A stretch of DNA of 64,000 bases from Candidatus Heimdallarchaeota archaeon (GTDB lineage Archaea; Asgardarchaeota; Heimdallarchaeia; Hodarchaeales; Hodarchaeaceae). Position numbers and translations under genes: made by a program. Every line of letters begins with the position of its first letter. Position 1 is the stretch's first letter. Below are positions 27,314 through 37,365 of this stretch, in pieces. The notes beneath the pieces are model-generated. The model ran no database searches and was not told where the DNA came from. It saw only the letters and a program-made list of their open reading frames with translations. The stretch lies in the NCBI GenBank assembly GCA_011364965.1, contig RDOB01000003.1, positions 368,939 through 432,938 on the forward strand. The letters are read 5' to 3'.

Positions 27314-28519
27314 ATGGATTACTGGGGTCATTATATGAATATACCTCTGCTCAGTTTAGTTGGAGGGGTAATATATGTAATAGAAGTACTAATCAATGTA
27401 TACTTGGTTATTTTAATCTTTAAACGATGGAAAAAAAGTAAAATCCCTGTAATTGCTGTTTTGGGAGGATTTTATGTCTTATTTTTACTTTTCATTGGAA
27501 TAGAAATTTTGTTTCTTATAAGCAATTTCTTTAATGTAATAGAATTTTATTCACAAGAGAGAAACATTATTGGAACACTTTTCCCGTTTTTTGGAGGTAT
27601 GTCAGGTGGTTTTTTCTTGTTATTTATTGACTATTTCGAAAACGAGAATATTTCACCAATCCATAGCTGTGTTTACGGAATCTTTATTGGTGCATTTGTC
27701 CTGAATGCTGTTTATTTATTTCTTTTTCCAGATTTCTTTACGAATCAAGCTCAAAGTGCTGATTTAACTGGTTTAGGAGGAATAATTCCTATCGTTATGA
27801 GCTTACTTCAATTTCTTTATTCAACGAATTTTCCTGCTCCTTATTTTGTATTTTATGTTCTCATTGTTACATTATTCACTCTTCAAAGGATAAAATCACT
27901 TGTAGATGATCCACAACGTAAAAAACAAATTTCGTATCTGCAAATGACAATCTTATTTTATTATTGTAACACTGGGTTGATAATCATAGTAGTTTATCAA
28001 TTACGGGGATTATTAGATCCTTCTTCTTATGTTCTTCTCCGTTATTTTGTCCCCCACTTAAGTACTATCATTGGGAGTTATTTTATCTATAAAGCTTATG
28101 TAACGGCTCCAATCGGCCTTTTACAGTTCCAAAGAATGGAAAAGATAATGGTAATCAGCCGTACAGGATTGCTTTTATATTCCCACGACTTTGAAAACCT
28201 AAAACCTGAAAAACCTGAACGTGACGTCCTTCTCTCTGGAGGTATTTTTGCAATCCTTACGTTGTTTTCAGAAATGATCGAATCAGAAAACATTCGTATG
28301 ATTACTTTCCAAAATAAACAAATCATGCTAGCCCAAAGAAAGCAATTTGTAACATTTTTAGTTGTTGATCGAATTTCAAGCTATTTATGGAGTGCTTTAG
28401 AGTCTTTCACTAATATGTTCAACTTAACTTATGATCTTGAGGAACAAAATTATACAATTGTCCCTAAAAATGTATTTGATGACGCAGATAAGCTTTTGAA
28501 GATCGCATTTGGATTTTAG
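27314..28519 (+). CDS. About 7-TM membrane protein with C-terminal longin/roadblock-like domain
   Basis: About seven hydrophobic helices, then IMVISRTGLLLYSHDF..DVLLSGGIFAILTLFSEM..IRMITFQ, a typical Asgard longin pattern. Confidence 0.7.
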   Translation: MDYWGHYMNIPLLSLVGGVIYVIEVLINVYLVILIFKRWKKSKIPVIAVLGGFYVLFLLFIGIEILFLISNFFNVIEFYSQERNIIGTLFPFFGGMSGGFFLLFIDYFENENISPIHSCVYGIFIGAFVLNAVYLFLFPDFFTNQAQSADLTGLGGIIPIVMSLLQFLYSTNFPAPYFVFYVLIVTLFTLQRIKSLVDDPQRKKQISYLQMTILFYYCNTGLIIIVVYQLRGLLDPSSYVLLRYFVPHLSTIIGSYFIYKAYVTAPIGLLQFQRMEKIMVISRTGLLLYSHDFENLKPEKPERDVLLSGGIFAILTLFSEMIESENIRMITFQNKQIMLAQRKQFVTFLVVDRISSYLWSALESFTNMFNLTYDLEEQNYTIVPKNVFDDADKLLKIAFGF

Positions 28520-28986
28520 TGTTCTGAGACCGCTTTTCCAATCTTGGATTCAATAACGCGAAGAGAGGGGTATTCGGAAACATCTGATATTGATAAAGCC
28601 TGCACTTCAACAATCCAGCGATTTTTATGACAAGTAAAGGTGATATTTTGATTAGAACTTTCTCTCAGGAAGTCAATATTGAATGATTCCTCTGTTTCAC
28701 TTATGGATTTGAACTTATAATTGTCTTTTTGGAGATGTGAAGCTGCTAAATATTTTACATATCGACTATGTACAAAATGAAGTAGATATTCCATTTCTTG
28801 TTTTCTTTTGGGTGATAATGAAGGATTTACTGGTTTATTTTCGAGTAACAGCGTATACCCTCGTGTCGAGTATTTAATAGACAATTTCGGGTTGTTAATC
28901 TCCTTTAGGGCCAATACTAAACTATTCTCTTCAGAGAATAGCCCAGCTCGTTCAGTACGCGGTTCTAATTGTATTTTATAACCCAT
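28516..28986 (-). CDS. Hypothetical protein
   Basis: 156-aa ORF with GGAG SD; weak resemblance to DUF1257 plus DUF2997. Confidence 0.6.
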   Translation of the reverse strand: MGYKIQLEPRTERAGLFSEENSLVLALKEINNPKLSIKYSTRGYTLLLENKPVNPSLSPKRKQEMEYLLHFVHSRYVKYLAASHLQKDNYKFKSISETEESFNIDFLRESSNQNITFTCHKNRWIVEVQALSISDVSEYPSLRVIESKIGKAVSEH

Positions 28987-29047
28987 TTGATATCAGGAGT
29001 AGATAATTACCTGAATGATAAAAGGATTGGGTTAAGAGTTAAATTAG

Positions 29048-29989
29048 TCATATTTTCAAAGGATCTCTGCTATTTTTTAAACAAAGAGTTATCAAGTCAT
29101 CAATCCTAGCTATTCCCACGCACATCACAGTATCTGCACCACCCCAATAAATTTTAACACTTCCGTCTGCCTCTGGTACAGCAGCACAGGAAAAAACAAC
29201 ATTATGGACATAGCCAGTAATTTCCCAAGGGTCTTCAGGTTGCAGAATCCATTGATCACCTACACCCAAGATTTTAGCAGGATCTTCTAAATCGTGAAGT
29301 GCCACACCTAGTCGATAAATACTCCCATCCATGGTTGGAAAAACACCATGATATATACTAAGCCATCCTTTCTCTGTACGAAACGGAACAGCACCTGGAC
29401 CAATCTTCATTTCATCCCAATGATAAGGAACGGGTTTCATTACCACGCGAGAATGTCCCCAATATTGAAGATCAGGAGAATAGCTTATCCAAATTGACCA
29501 AGGACTAATATCTGAATGTGGTCTATCGAGACGAACATATTGGTTCTTTATTTTTTCTGGAAATATTACGGTATTTCTATAATCTGCTTGTGTTATAAGA
29601 GCAACACGCTCAATATGAATAAAATCAGTAGTTTGTGCCAATCCAATGCGTACTCCATTCCGAGAATATGCACTATAGGTTATATAGAATTTACCGTCTA
29701 AAGGAGTTATTCTTGGATCTTCAACTCCAAACTCTTCATATTCAGCAAAGATTCCATCGGAAGAAGGAATCAAAAAGGGTTTGTCTCTTGGGTGAAATTT
29801 AAAGCCATCGCTACTTTCGGCAATACCGATAATAGACCTACCAGTTCGAAGATGAGAGCGAAATAGCATTATATATCGATTTTCAAACTTAACCACTCCC
29901 GCATTATGCACAGTTTCAACTTGATACGGAATATCGTATTTTGTGAGAATAGGATTCCCTTTATAGCGTTCGATATAATCTTTTCTCAT
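29048..29989 (-). CDS. GH130 beta-mannoside phosphorylase
   Basis: GNPIL, HNAG, GVEDPRIT, RNTVIFPEK, KIGPG, YHGV, NVVFSC, YWGGADT. Confidence 0.92.
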   Translation of the reverse strand: MRKDYIERYKGNPILTKYDIPYQVETVHNAGVVKFENRYIMLFRSHLRTGRSIIGIAESSDGFKFHPRDKPFLIPSSDGIFAEYEEFGVEDPRITPLDGKFYITYSAYSRNGVRIGLAQTTDFIHIERVALITQADYRNTVIFPEKIKNQYVRLDRPHSDISPWSIWISYSPDLQYWGHSRVVMKPVPYHWDEMKIGPGAVPFRTEKGWLSIYHGVFPTMDGSIYRLGVALHDLEDPAKILGVGDQWILQPEDPWEITGYVHNVVFSCAAVPEADGSVKIYWGGADTVMCVGIARIDDLITLCLKNSRDPLKI

Positions 29990-30128
29990 CTCTAATCCTC
30001 AATAAAACTATGGAAGCAATGTAAAATTGTATGCTGTTATTTATTCCTAGACTGAAATAATTTTCTCATAAGATAAAATAACTGAAATTTCTCTAGACAT
30101 TAGAAGAGTAAGAATTAAAAGAAATTAA

Positions 30129-30653
30129 ATGCCAATGATTAAAAGGGAAGAAGAAGATACATTTCACATGCCAATAGTTAAAGTCCAGCAAACATTCTTA
30201 TCATTTGCTCATAACTACAAACTCTTCAACCATCCAAATGGATCTGAAATGGGAATTGCTAGAGGAAAAGTCTTTAAAATCCGACCCAGTTATATTGTAT
30301 CTCGTTCAGATGGATCTAAGTGGTTTAAAATTCAGCGGAATTTATTCAAAACAAAGTACACTATAAAAGACGCTCAAGGTAAATATCTAGGACATTATCA
30401 AACTCCTTTTTCCATTTTATTCAAGAAAACGCTCAAATTAATCAAAAATAAGGTGGAATACCCCGCGAAAGGAAGTTTTTGGGCATTGGATTTCGAAGTT
30501 CATTCCTCAAATGGTCAAAGGCTACTTAAAGTAAGTAAAAAACTCCTACAAATCAGAGATAGCTTTCTCGTGGAATATGCAGACGGATTTGACCAAAGAC
30601 TTGCGATTTCAGCAGCAATCGTAGCTGATGACCGTTATCATCCAGCTAAGTAA
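30129..30653 (+). CDS. LURP-one/Tubby-C/scramblase-like protein
   Basis: Repeating beta-strands; GSFWALDFEV, KKLLQIRDSF, C-terminal helix LAISAAIVAD. Confidence 0.75.
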   Translation: MPMIKREEEDTFHMPIVKVQQTFLSFAHNYKLFNHPNGSEMGIARGKVFKIRPSYIVSRSDGSKWFKIQRNLFKTKYTIKDAQGKYLGHYQTPFSILFKKTLKLIKNKVEYPAKGSFWALDFEVHSSNGQRLLKVSKKLLQIRDSFLVEYADGFDQRLAISAAIVADDRYHPAK

Positions 30654-30720
30654 TCCGAACGAGTTGTATTTTTTTATTTCCTTCTCTCTCCAAATGAAAT
30701 TTAATGAGTTTTAGGGATAG

Positions 30721-31368
30721 TTAAAGACGACGAGAGATACGAGAACCGAAATAATACCCAATAACCAGCTCGAGTAACTGATTCATAAGAATAATCCATT
30801 CAGATGAAAATGTGAGAGCAAAAACTGGTATAACAACATCCATAGAACATACGAGTATTACAACGGTTAAGATCACCGCTGCTTGTAAATGACCCATGAG
30901 CGCTTTAAAATCAAAGCTAGAAGGTGTTGGTTTCTTAATTCGAGCGGAAATAAAAAGTGTAACTTCCTTAACTAGCACACCTAAAGAAAACCCAATAATT
31001 GTAATCAATACTGTAAGGAGAAAAGAAGGTATTTCATTTCTTCCTAATAATGTTAGAACAATTGCAACGCCAGTAATCAGAGCTAGACTTACGCGAACCG
31101 TTGCAGTAGGAAGAAACAGGGGGGAATGAGATTTTATAAGTTCTTGGGAACGGGGGGCAAGAGGTTGAACTGTTGCTCGCGAAGAATAATAGAAAGCAAC
31201 TGCAACAATAAAAACGTTTCTTAAAGAGTTTGGAATCTGATCAGGAAAGAATAATGCCAAGAATAGTGTTGTTAAAGCAATTGATATAGTTAAAATTGCC
31301 CGAACACTACCTAGAGGTAAATTTAAAGGAGTGAATTCCTTTGGTTTTTCAGAAGAAGTTGTTTGCAT
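30721..31368 (-). CDS. Membrane protein with internal duplication
   Basis: PLNLPLGSVRAIL and PLFLPTATVRVSL; AFYYSSR and GYYFGSR. Confidence 0.7.
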   Translation of the reverse strand: MQTTSSEKPKEFTPLNLPLGSVRAILTISIALTTLFLALFFPDQIPNSLRNVFIVAVAFYYSSRATVQPLAPRSQELIKSHSPLFLPTATVRVSLALITGVAIVLTLLGRNEIPSFLLTVLITIIGFSLGVLVKEVTLFISARIKKPTPSSFDFKALMGHLQAAVILTVVILVCSMDVVIPVFALTFSSEWIILMNQLLELVIGYYFGSRISRRL

Positions 31369-31499
31369 ATTTAAGTTGCGGAATAATTCAATCTTTTATA
31401 CTTATTATCTCTTCTAATTCCGCAGTTTTCAAACTAATATGTGATTTAATGGAAAAAATAATGATTTACTATGAGAGAACTAATTAATTCTGAATGGCT

Positions 31500-31868
31500 C
31501 TATTCAGCTAAATAGAGACTAAATATCTCTTGAACAGCCTGTTTTAAAGAAAAATTCAGTACCTCTTCGCTTACTAGAGGTTTAAAGCGATTATAAAGAA
31601 CCTGGGAAACACCATCAATGATTTTGAGTGAAACAGCTGGATCATGGAAATCATAACAAGCAAAACACGAAAGCATATTATTATTGGCAAAAATATAGAT
31701 AGACTCATAAACTTCACTTAAAACAAACTTTGAATTAAGCTCGGTATGTTTAGCAATCGCATATGAAAAGGCTAATACAAGGTTATTCTGTTTAGAGGTT
31801 AGAACAATACGATTCTTGGCTTTAAGACATCGAAAACTTTCATCAACCAACAATACATTTGTATTCAC
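31500..31868 (-). CDS. Small protein, possible divergent longin/profilin-like fold
   Basis: 122 aa with an apparent strand-strand-helix-strand-strand-strand-helix-helix pattern. GTG start after AGGT; divergent from actin. Confidence 0.45.
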   Translation of the reverse strand: MNTNVLLVDESFRCLKAKNRIVLTSKQNNLVLAFSYAIAKHTELNSKFVLSEVYESIYIFANNNMLSCFACYDFHDPAVSLKIIDGVSQVLYNRFKPLVSEEVLNFSLKQAVQEIFSLYLAE

Positions 31869-32372
31869 TACATGTACCTTCCAAATAGAGCATTTGATTG
31901 CTTCAATATAAACTTATTTATATAGGGATATTATTATTATATATTAAAATTATATGAAATATATATAACATGAAAGATATATTTATGAGTACAAACTTAA
32001 TAAATTACTTTTTGGAGAGACATTAATAATACTTTATCATAGAAGATTTGGATCCGACCAAAACCTGTGTTGGTTTTTCTATTTGTCTTGTACGTAAACT
32101 GGCCGGATTCGCCGATTATGCTCCTTTTATAATTCCTCTAAAGAATGTATCCGCACTTCTTCCATAACGGTATGTTTTTAAACCAATACTCGGTGGATTG
32201 AATTAGAATTGAAAAATGGAATTCGGAAAATGCCACATTTATCATTTCGGCAACTTTGACCGAAACGATTCATGTTCATCTATTTAAATGAACGATCCGA
32301 AAACCTATTTTCTCGACCTCTATGAACGTTTAATAAATCAAAACGTCTAAATCATACTAAAAAGTGATAAAA

Positions 32373-33515
32373 ATGTCTGTTGCAGAAGGAATAACTGGAA
32401 AGCCCCTCGTAATTGACAACGGAACAGGGTTAAGCAAAAATGGCTATGCAGGAGAAGATCAGCCTAGATCTGTCTTCCCTACATTGATTGGTTATCCAAA
32501 ATATCAATCTATTATGTCTGATGTCGACCACTATGTCCGTGAATATTATGTGGGTGAAGAAGCGATGAACCTACGGGGTGTACTGAAGCTTATCTACCCT
32601 ATTTTACACGGTATTGTTACAGATTGGGATGCTATGGAAAAAATTTGGCATTATACATTCCACAATGATCTTCGTGTCAATCCAAGTGAACATCCAATCC
32701 TCCTTACCGAAGCTCCTTTGAACCCTAGCACCAACAGGGAAAAAATGGCTGAAATTCTTTTTGAGACTTTCAATGTGCCAGCTATGTATGTATCTATGCA
32801 AGCTGTTCTCTCTCTCTATGCTTCTGGTCGTACAACTGGTCTCGTTATTGATGCAGGTGACGGTGTAATTCACATTGTACCTATTTACGAAGGTTTCGCC
32901 ATTACTCATGCGATTAGTCGTATTGATATTGCTGGTCGGGATATTACTGAATATCTCCGACGTTTGCTACGAACCCGAGGAAAAGCTTTGACTTCTTCCG
33001 CTGAAAAAGAAATAGTACGAGACATCAAGGAACGATTATGTTATGTTGCTTTAGATCCTGAAAAAGAATTGAAATTAGCAGAAAAAGTCTCTGGTATGGA
33101 GAAGCAATATACACTCCCTGATGGAGAAACTTTAACCATTGGCCCTGAAAGATTCCTTGCTCCTGAAGCATTTTTCAATCCCAGTGCCATCGGAAAAGAA
33201 GAAACTCCTTTGGATGAAGCTATTTACAACTCAGTACAGCTTTGTGATATTGACTTACGAAAAGAACTATATCAAAACATTGTCCTCTCTGGCGGCTCTA
33301 CGATGTTCCCAGGTCTGAAAGAACGACTCCACAAAGAACTCACAGAATTAGTTCCAGAGAACATTGAAATCCGAATTGTTGCTCCTCCAGAGCGCCGATA
33401 TTCGGTTTGGATTGGTGGTTCAATTCTCTCCTCATTGAAAACCTTCCAAAGATTATGGGTTTCCCGTAAAGAATATCAAGAACAAGGTCCTGGCGTTATC
33501 AAACGCGCTATCTAA
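32373..33515 (+). CDS. Asgard actin (lokiactin-type)
   Basis: [93 protein letters not shown]. Confidence 0.98.
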   Translation: MSVAEGITGKPLVIDNGTGLSKNGYAGEDQPRSVFPTLIGYPKYQSIMSDVDHYVREYYVGEEAMNLRGVLKLIYPILHGIVTDWDAMEKIWHYTFHNDLRVNPSEHPILLTEAPLNPSTNREKMAEILFETFNVPAMYVSMQAVLSLYASGRTTGLVIDAGDGVIHIVPIYEGFAITHAISRIDIAGRDITEYLRRLLRTRGKALTSSAEKEIVRDIKERLCYVALDPEKELKLAEKVSGMEKQYTLPDGETLTIGPERFLAPEAFFNPSAIGKEETPLDEAIYNSVQLCDIDLRKELYQNIVLSGGSTMFPGLKERLHKELTELVPENIEIRIVAPPERRYSVWIGGSILSSLKTFQRLWVSRKEYQEQGPGVIKRAI

Positions 33516-33518
33516 ATT

Positions 33519-33550
33519 CCCCCCTCTCTTTTTTTCTTTTCTTTTTTTTA
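33519..33550 (+). terminator. Poly-pyrimidine/T-tract terminator after actin
   Basis: Long T-runs immediately after the stop codon. Confidence 0.6.
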
Positions 33551-33792
33551 AATTAAACCTCTAGTAATTTTGTTTCTTTTTATGATCAATTTCTGATGAT
33601 TGTTAAGAAAAATATTTCCTTCATTTTTTTTCCTCATTAAAACTGATAACTCAATAATATTGTTTATTATTCATTCGAGGTTTCACTTCTTTATTATCAC
33701 CAAATTCTAACTTTTTTCTTTCCATTAATTCTTTATGTTAGAAAATTCTTTCTTCCCCCTAACCAAATAAGTGACAGATAACTAAGGATTTT

Positions 33793-35322
33793 ATGAAAAT
33801 GCATTCTATTACAGCAAGATTTCTTCAATTTAGAAAAAAACAACAAATATTTGCTCTTAGTCTTCTAATAACAACCTCGCTCCTAATTGTCTCCGTATCA
33901 GGGAATCTAGAGATCGATCAATCTAAAACTTTGTCTACCAAACTGGGAATACAAATACCTAATGATAAAACTCCTCGACTTAATCTCGAGACAAATGAAT
34001 ATTCTTTAGGTGAAGAAGAGACTTTCGATGTCAGTTATCCTGATCTTCGAACACTCACTGCAAGATGTGTTTATATCAGTGAGAAGGGGTATTTCTTTTT
34101 GGAAAATGCAATTGCTGATACTGCAAACTTCACTCAAGCTGGGGAAATGGTAGATAATCATATGATACCACTCTTAACAGAAAATTTTGCGGCTCCAACT
34201 GATATTGATAATAATGGAAAAATTGTTCTATTATTCGCAAACCTTCCTGGAGTTGGAGGGTATTTTTCCCCATCAACTTATCTTAGCTATGGTGAAATCG
34301 TGTATATGAATTCTGGTTCTGGTTCCATTCCTTATCCCACGCTGGTCCATGAATTACAGCATTTAGTAAGTAGAGGATATGATTATGAAGAAAAAATCTG
34401 GTTCAATGAAGGATGTTCGGTATTTAGTGAATATTTATATGATCTTTCGCTAGGATCTGGAGAGGATTATGGTGTATTTTCTCCTAGAGATGTATCATTA
34501 TTGTATTGGAATTATGAAAACGCCTCTCAAGTAACTGATTATGCGGCCGCAGGTTCATTCATATCTTACCTGTATGATCAATATGGAGGAGCTAATTTAT
34601 CAGCGATATACCAAGCTTCTGATAATGGAGTTAAACTTCATAGTTCAAATGCGATTATGCATGTATTGAACTCTTATTACCCTGATTTAACCTTTGAGAG
34701 ACTCTACTTAGACTGGATTATTGCCAGCCTAATAGACAGAGAATATGTGGGAGATAATCGAGCTTATTATTTTGAATTATTCGATTCCTACCCAAATGCA
34801 TATAGATATCCCGAATTGAGTGGAACACGAATTCATTATCCATACGAAGCTACACCTGAGATCTACCCATGGGCAAGTAGTTTATATCTCTTCCGTAACT
34901 TTGAAAACCCAGGAGAAGTGAATATCACTATCGAAATCCCTGAGAATTCTCAGTCTCATAAATTCGGGGTCAATATCTTGAAAAAAATTGTTAAGGATGA
35001 AAAAGTATCTTATAATATCAATACGTTCATATTTTCCCCAGAAAATATCTCTCAGGGATATCATGAATCTTTTAACGCCACAGCGGAATCTTGTGAACGT
35101 TTCTTTCTCTCTATCAGTCATATAGATGGTGGTGAAGGGGGATATTACTGGGATATTCCTTCCGAAGAACTAGATGTAGAATTCTCAATCATGGTAACTA
35201 GTAATCTTCCGAATATCTCCTCTGAGACTACAAATACTACCTCTACCCCTGTTTCCTTTGATCTCTCCTTATTTTTTCTAATTATTGGAGGATTTATTTT
35301 CATAATTCGCAGAAGGAAGTAA
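33793..35322 (+). CDS. Secreted, C-terminally anchored zinc metallopeptidase (M30/hyicolysin-like)
   Basis: Signal-like N-terminus, DIDNNGKI, HELQH plus WFNEG, S/T linker, TM helix and RRRK tail. Confidence 0.8.
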   Translation: MKMHSITARFLQFRKKQQIFALSLLITTSLLIVSVSGNLEIDQSKTLSTKLGIQIPNDKTPRLNLETNEYSLGEEETFDVSYPDLRTLTARCVYISEKGYFFLENAIADTANFTQAGEMVDNHMIPLLTENFAAPTDIDNNGKIVLLFANLPGVGGYFSPSTYLSYGEIVYMNSGSGSIPYPTLVHELQHLVSRGYDYEEKIWFNEGCSVFSEYLYDLSLGSGEDYGVFSPRDVSLLYWNYENASQVTDYAAAGSFISYLYDQYGGANLSAIYQASDNGVKLHSSNAIMHVLNSYYPDLTFERLYLDWIIASLIDREYVGDNRAYYFELFDSYPNAYRYPELSGTRIHYPYEATPEIYPWASSLYLFRNFENPGEVNITIEIPENSQSHKFGVNILKKIVKDEKVSYNINTFIFSPENISQGYHESFNATAESCERFFLSISHIDGGEGGYYWDIPSEELDVEFSIMVTSNLPNISSETTNTTSTPVSFDLSLFFLIIGGFIFIIRRRK

Positions 35323-35348
35323 ATTCCTTCCTTTTTTCCCATTTTCCC

Positions 35349-36101
35349 TCAAACATGAATTAACTGAGCCAAGGCTTTATTTTGTGTTATTATTAGTTCT
35401 TCATTGAGCTCTTGTTCGAGAATAAAACTCATTTTCTCTAATGCGCGCTGAATCCGTGTATGATTTCCAGCTTCCAATACCCGATCAAGTAATTGGAGCA
35501 TCATGTGAATTCTAGTGTTAAGGATATATTGCTCTTCTTCAGGTAAGGAGGTAAGATGATACGAATCTAAAAAATCAGAAAGATTCTGACGTATTTTCTC
35601 TCCTAATCTTAATACATTTAGTTTTCGCTCTAAAATCAGATCGATCTCAGATGCAACTTGCCGTAATACAGCTTCCTTATCAGGTACTGGAAATCCTTGA
35701 TAAGGTTCAAAATACTCTTGAAAGACTCCTTGTATCTGTCTGAGATCAATCCATGCCATTTCCATCAATACCTGGGGTATCAAAATAGAAATCAAGTTTA
35801 TTCCAAAACTTTTCTCTTGTTGTACATCAGCTTCATATAATACGGTGCATACAGCAACAGATTCAAATTCAGGAAACGGTAGAGTTGCGTACATTCTCGA
35901 ATAGGAATAATTTTCGGGTCGATTAGAAAAAACAGACATACCTCGGAGAGATACACTAAACAATATTTCATCTGAAAGGTCTTTTTTGGGAGTCCAAGCA
36001 CTAGGAATGGATCCTTTGAGAACATCAAACTCTGACCAAATTGCACCTAATAACACTTTATATTTACTCAATATGGATCTTTCCTTGGGATCTCTAACCA
36101 A
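35349..36101 (-). CDS. uDENN/NPR2-like longin-domain protein with helical C-terminus
   Basis: AIWSEFDVLKGSIPSAWTP..TLPFPE..ISILIP. Confidence 0.55.
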   Translation of the reverse strand: MVRDPKERSILSKYKVLLGAIWSEFDVLKGSIPSAWTPKKDLSDEILFSVSLRGMSVFSNRPENYSYSRMYATLPFPEFESVAVCTVLYEADVQQEKSFGINLISILIPQVLMEMAWIDLRQIQGVFQEYFEPYQGFPVPDKEAVLRQVASEIDLILERKLNVLRLGEKIRQNLSDFLDSYHLTSLPEEEQYILNTRIHMMLQLLDRVLEAGNHTRIQRALEKMSFILEQELNEELIITQNKALAQLIHV

Positions 36102-36206
36102 TAATAACCTTTTTCAAACCTCATAGAGATGGGAATTAAAGAATTTCGGATAGTTTTATGCTTACCATTTTGGTCTCAGAGTATTTTCTTCTTTTAATAA
36201 AGTGGT

Positions 36207-36554
36207 TTAATCTACATTTTCAGCATTCAATTGGTCACTTATAAGTTCTTCAACTAATTTGCAGATCCTGAGCACTTTAGGATTAGCTAACTTATAATAC
36301 ACAATATTTTTTCTGTCTCCACCACGACGGGTAGCTACTACTCCTTTATCTCTTAGAACCTTAAGATGCTGCGAAATAAATGGTTGAGGCTTTTCAGTAA
36401 TATTTTCGATGTCAGATACGCTCTTTTCGCCTTCCTGCAATAATTTCAGGATTTTTAAACGAAATGGGTGTGTTAAGGATTGACACAGATCTGCTTGCTT
36501 CTCTAAGGCGTTTTCAGTTATACTAGTTGAATTATTCTCTCGTTTAATCTCCAT
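36207..36554 (-). CDS. ArsR/SmtB-family regulator
   Basis: SLTHPFRLKILKLL, QPFISQHLKVLRDKGVV, VYYKL; Cys in helices 1 and 5. Confidence 0.92.
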   Translation of the reverse strand: MEIKRENNSTSITENALEKQADLCQSLTHPFRLKILKLLQEGEKSVSDIENITEKPQPFISQHLKVLRDKGVVATRRGGDRKNIVYYKLANPKVLRICKLVEELISDQLNAENVD

Positions 36555-36568
36555 AACATCACTATGCT

Positions 36569-36623
36569 AAATATTCCAATAAAGATATATATATCTTTTG
36601 AATATTCAAGAATCGCAATATTT
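36569..36623. promoter_or_regulatory. Bidirectional promoter/operator region
   Basis: Perfect 18-bp palindrome AAAGATATATATATCTTT (36581-36598) flanked by AATATT repeats. Confidence 0.5.
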
Positions 36624-36672
36624 ATAAATTAAAAATTTGGAAGGTAAAACAACAATATTTGGAGGATTTATC

Positions 36673-37329
36673 ATGTCTGAAGGCCAGGTTAGAATCGAAG
36701 AAAAAATTCTAAATGAAATTAAACAGATGTTTGGTGAACTGACATCGAATGTAACGCTTCACATGTTTACAAATAAGAACCATTGTCTTTTATGCAATGA
36801 AACTCTTAGTTTAGCTGAACAGGTCGCAAACCAATCTGATAAGATTAATCTAGAGCATTGTGAATGTAGTCTTGATAATGAAAAAGCTAAGAAATGGAAA
36901 ATTGAAAGACATCCCGCTATTGTTGTAGAAGGTCTTGGAAAAGGAGTTATACGGTTTTATGGGATTCCTTCTGGTTATGAATTTGGTAGTCTTATTGAAA
37001 GTATAATTATGGCAGGAACTGATAGACCATCCGATCTTGACCCCGAAATTATAGCTGAAATACAAGAAATTGAAAAATCCGTGCATCTACAAGTGTTTGT
37101 CACTCCAACATGTCCTTATTGCCCGCGAGCAGTGCTTAATGCCTTCAAATTTGCCATGTTGAATGAAAATATTACTGCGGATATGGTTGAAGCAACTGAA
37201 TTTCAAGAATTATCTATGAAGTATCAGATCCAAGGGGTTCCCAAAACTGTAATAAATGACAAATGGAATGTAGTGGGAGCTGTACCAGAAAGTATGTTAC
37301 TTTCAAAGGTGAAAGAAGCAATAACTTAG
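36673..37329 (+). CDS. Protein disulfide oxidoreductase (PDO, two thioredoxin units)
   Basis: CLLC and CPYC motifs, RFYGIPSGYEF, GVPK. ATG 36673 follows GGAGG. Confidence 0.93.
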   Translation: MSEGQVRIEEKILNEIKQMFGELTSNVTLHMFTNKNHCLLCNETLSLAEQVANQSDKINLEHCECSLDNEKAKKWKIERHPAIVVEGLGKGVIRFYGIPSGYEFGSLIESIIMAGTDRPSDLDPEIIAEIQEIEKSVHLQVFVTPTCPYCPRAVLNAFKFAMLNENITADMVEATEFQELSMKYQIQGVPKTVINDKWNVVGAVPESMLLSKVKEAIT

Positions 37330-37365
37330 CTTGCTTCAATTCACCTACCTCTTTTAACCCCCGAA

